Below, in pieces: positions 13,169 to 14,976 of a DNA stretch of 14,976 nt (within the stretch, counting starts at the first letter, position 1; every line of letters starts with the position of its first letter). The stretch covers positions 1 to 14,976 of the forward strand of contig JBHIAC010000081.1 in the NCBI GenBank assembly GCA_046758365.1. The letters are read 5' to 3'. Source of the DNA: a bacterium (GTDB lineage: Bacteria > Zhuqueibacterota > Zhuqueibacteria > Oceanimicrobiales > Oceanimicrobiaceae). A model generated the notes under the pieces. The model worked only from the letters and a program-made list of their open reading frames with translations, searched no databases and was not told the DNA's origin. Position numbers and translations under genes: made by a program.

Positions 13169-14976
13169 TCATAAGTCCAACAACTCCCGCACGGTTTTTC
13201 CAAGCGTTTCTTTCGTATAAGGCTTTTGAAGCACACGTACATGTTCTTGTTCTAGTTGACCTAATTCATCTAATTCTGCCTTAACATCATAGCCTGTTAC
13301 AAACAGCACTGATAAATTAGGCTTGACAGAGCGCATTCTCTTATAAGCCTCTGCTCCTCCTAATTTTGGCAAGATCACATCCATGATTACCAAATCAACC
13401 TTATCACATTCTGCTTCAAACTCCTGCATGGCTTGCAGCCCATCATTCGCTGTGAGTACTTTATAGCCTAATCCTCGCAAAATGCGTATGTCCACGTTGC
13501 GAACGGCTTCATCATCCTCTACTACCAGGATGGTCTCACCACCCCCACGCACCTCTTGTATTTTTTTCTTCCTTGGATCCGACACTTCAGCTTCCGCAAC
13601 TGCAGGAAAATAGATTTTGAAGGTGGTCCCTTTTCCTACTTCGCTGAAAACTTCGATGTGCCCCTCATGCTGTTTCACAATGCCATAGATCACCGACAGC
13701 CCCAAACCCGTACCTTTGCCTACCTCCTTGGTGGTAAAGAAAGGTTCGAAAATGTGCGCCTGAGTCTCTGGGTCCATGCCCATACCTGTATCAGTTATCG
13801 TCAACTGGACATAATTTCTTGAGTCCTTCTTGAAATCAGGATGGTCTTTTACTTTAACCGCCTCGATGGGAAAATTGTCATCTGCCGTAATATTCTGGGT
13901 TTTAATCATCAATTTTCCTCCTTGGGGCATGGCGTCTCGAGCGTTAACGCACAGATTCATCAACATCTGCTGCAACTGACCAGGGTCTGCCCACACCGGG
14001 GCGAGCTTTGGCGCTAATTCTGTCTTCAGTTCAATGTCCTCACCAATGATGCGCTTCAGCATTTTCGAGAGGTCTTCAATGGTTTGATTCATATTAAGAA
14101 GCTTGGGTTTAAGCACCTGACGGCGGCTGAAACTTAACAGTTGTTGTGTGAGATCGCGAGCCTGGGTGGCAGACTTTTCGATTCTGATTAATTCCTGGTA
14201 CACCGGATCGCTCGGTTTTGAATCCTGCAACCCAAACTCCGCATTTCCGAGAATGACCGTTAGCAGGTTATTGAAGTCGTGGGCTACCCCACCCGCCAAA
14301 GTCCCGATGGTTTCCATCTTTTGGGCCTGTAACAACTGCTCTTCCAGTTGTTTCCGTTCTGTTAAATCGTGAATGATGCCTCGATACGCCACTATCTTCC
14401 CATTCTCGTCCCGCACAGAGGTAGTGGTCTCAAGCACAAATAATTTATGACCATCTTTTCTTTTCAAAACCAGTTCATAGTCTTTAACAAACCCGTGCTC
14501 CTCTAAGGTGTTCTGAAACGCTTCTCTGTCTTTAGAGTTGAAATAGAGGTCTCGGGTAATATCCACCTGCAGAAGTTCCTCTTTGGAGGAATACCCAAAC
14601 AACTCCACGCCCGCAGGATTTATATCCAGAAACTTCCCGTCGGGAGTGCTTAGAAAGATGGCGTCCATGGATTCTTCAAACAGTGTACGGTATTTTTCTT
14701 CTGACTGCCGCAGGGCCTCCTCTGTCCGCTTGCGCTCGGTGATATCGTTCAGGAAATTTAACGTGGCGGGTCTTTGCTCCCAGAAGATCCTGACGGCATT
14801 GATCTCCAGCCATTTTATATGACCTTTTTGGTCTATAATTCTGAAAGAGTAGACAGATGGAATCTGCTCACCCCTCAGCCTTCTTTGATAGCGTTCAGCG
14901 ACCATCTTTCGATCCTCAGGATAGATAAATTCTACAAAGGGTTTGGTAGTTAACTCTTCTTCTGAATAACCCGTGA
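13169..14976 (-). CDS. PAS-containing hybrid histidine kinase/response regulator, 5'-truncated by the window edge
   Basis: The frame stays open upstream of the track's Met at 14905 (TGYSEEELTTKPFVEFIYPEDRKM, PAS-like); H-box AHDFNNLL, NLCVNARDAM, DTGMGM, GTGLGL; receiver EDD/MDVILP/QKP. Confidence 0.95.
   Translation of the reverse strand, partial: TGYSEEELTTKPFVEFIYPEDRKMVAERYQRRLRGEQIPSVYSFRIIDQKGHIKWLEINAVRIFWEQRPATLNFLNDITERKRTEEALRQSEEKYRTLFEESMDAIFLSTPDGKFLDINPAGVELFGYSSKEELLQVDITRDLYFNSKDREAFQNTLEEHGFVKDYELVLKRKDGHKLFVLETTTSVRDENGKIVAYRGIIHDLTERKQLEEQLLQAQKMETIGTLAGGVAHDFNNLLTVILGNAEFGLQDSKPSDPVYQELIRIEKSATQARDLTQQLLSFSRRQVLKPKLLNMNQTIEDLSKMLKRIIGEDIELKTELAPKLAPVWADPGQLQQMLMNLCVNARDAMPQGGKLMIKTQNITADDNFPIEAVKVKDHPDFKKDSRNYVQLTITDTGMGMDPETQAHIFEPFFTTKEVGKGTGLGLSVIYGIVKQHEGHIEVFSEVGKGTTFKIYFPAVAEAEVSDPRKKKIQEVRGGGETILVVEDDEAVRNVDIRILRGLGYKVLTANDGLQAMQEFEAECDKVDLVIMDVILPKLGGAEAYKRMRSVKPNLSVLFVTGYDVKAELDELGQLEQEHVRVLQKPYTKETLGKTVRELLDL

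Noticed and set aside
12909..14822. + strand ORFs opposite the regulator and kinase 2
   Set aside because: Antisense shadows.
14903..14905. Met at 14905 as the true start of kinase 2
   Set aside because: The frame is open to the window edge and encodes PAS-like sequence, so the start lies outside the window.

Overview
AT-rich bacterial chromosomal window with two convergent blocks. The + strand (366-9080) carries a DNA-repair-like cluster: a UvrA of the second-paralogue type, a THEP1/NTPase_1 NTPase, a membrane-anchored TlpA-like thioredoxin with CxxW instead of CxxC, an unannotated decayed antitoxin/PIN-toxin pair, and a two-gene operon. That operon encodes a beta-CASP metallo-beta-lactamase nuclease ending in a perfect beta-clamp motif (QLSLF) and a DinG/XPD helicase fused to an N-terminal JAB/MPN (RadC-like) domain, with one Fe-S cysteine replaced by Ser. 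The - strand (9133-14976) carries two PAS-containing hybrid histidine kinases and a single-domain response regulator. The first kinase lies between two 329-bp direct repeats of the dinG 3' end (second copy pseudogenised), next to a 132-bp MITE-like inverted-repeat element, and shares a near-identical 3' tail with the second kinase. The best candidate for an undescribed system is the clamp-tethered nuclease plus JAB-DinG helicase module. All calls come from reading motifs by eye; no database searches were run.
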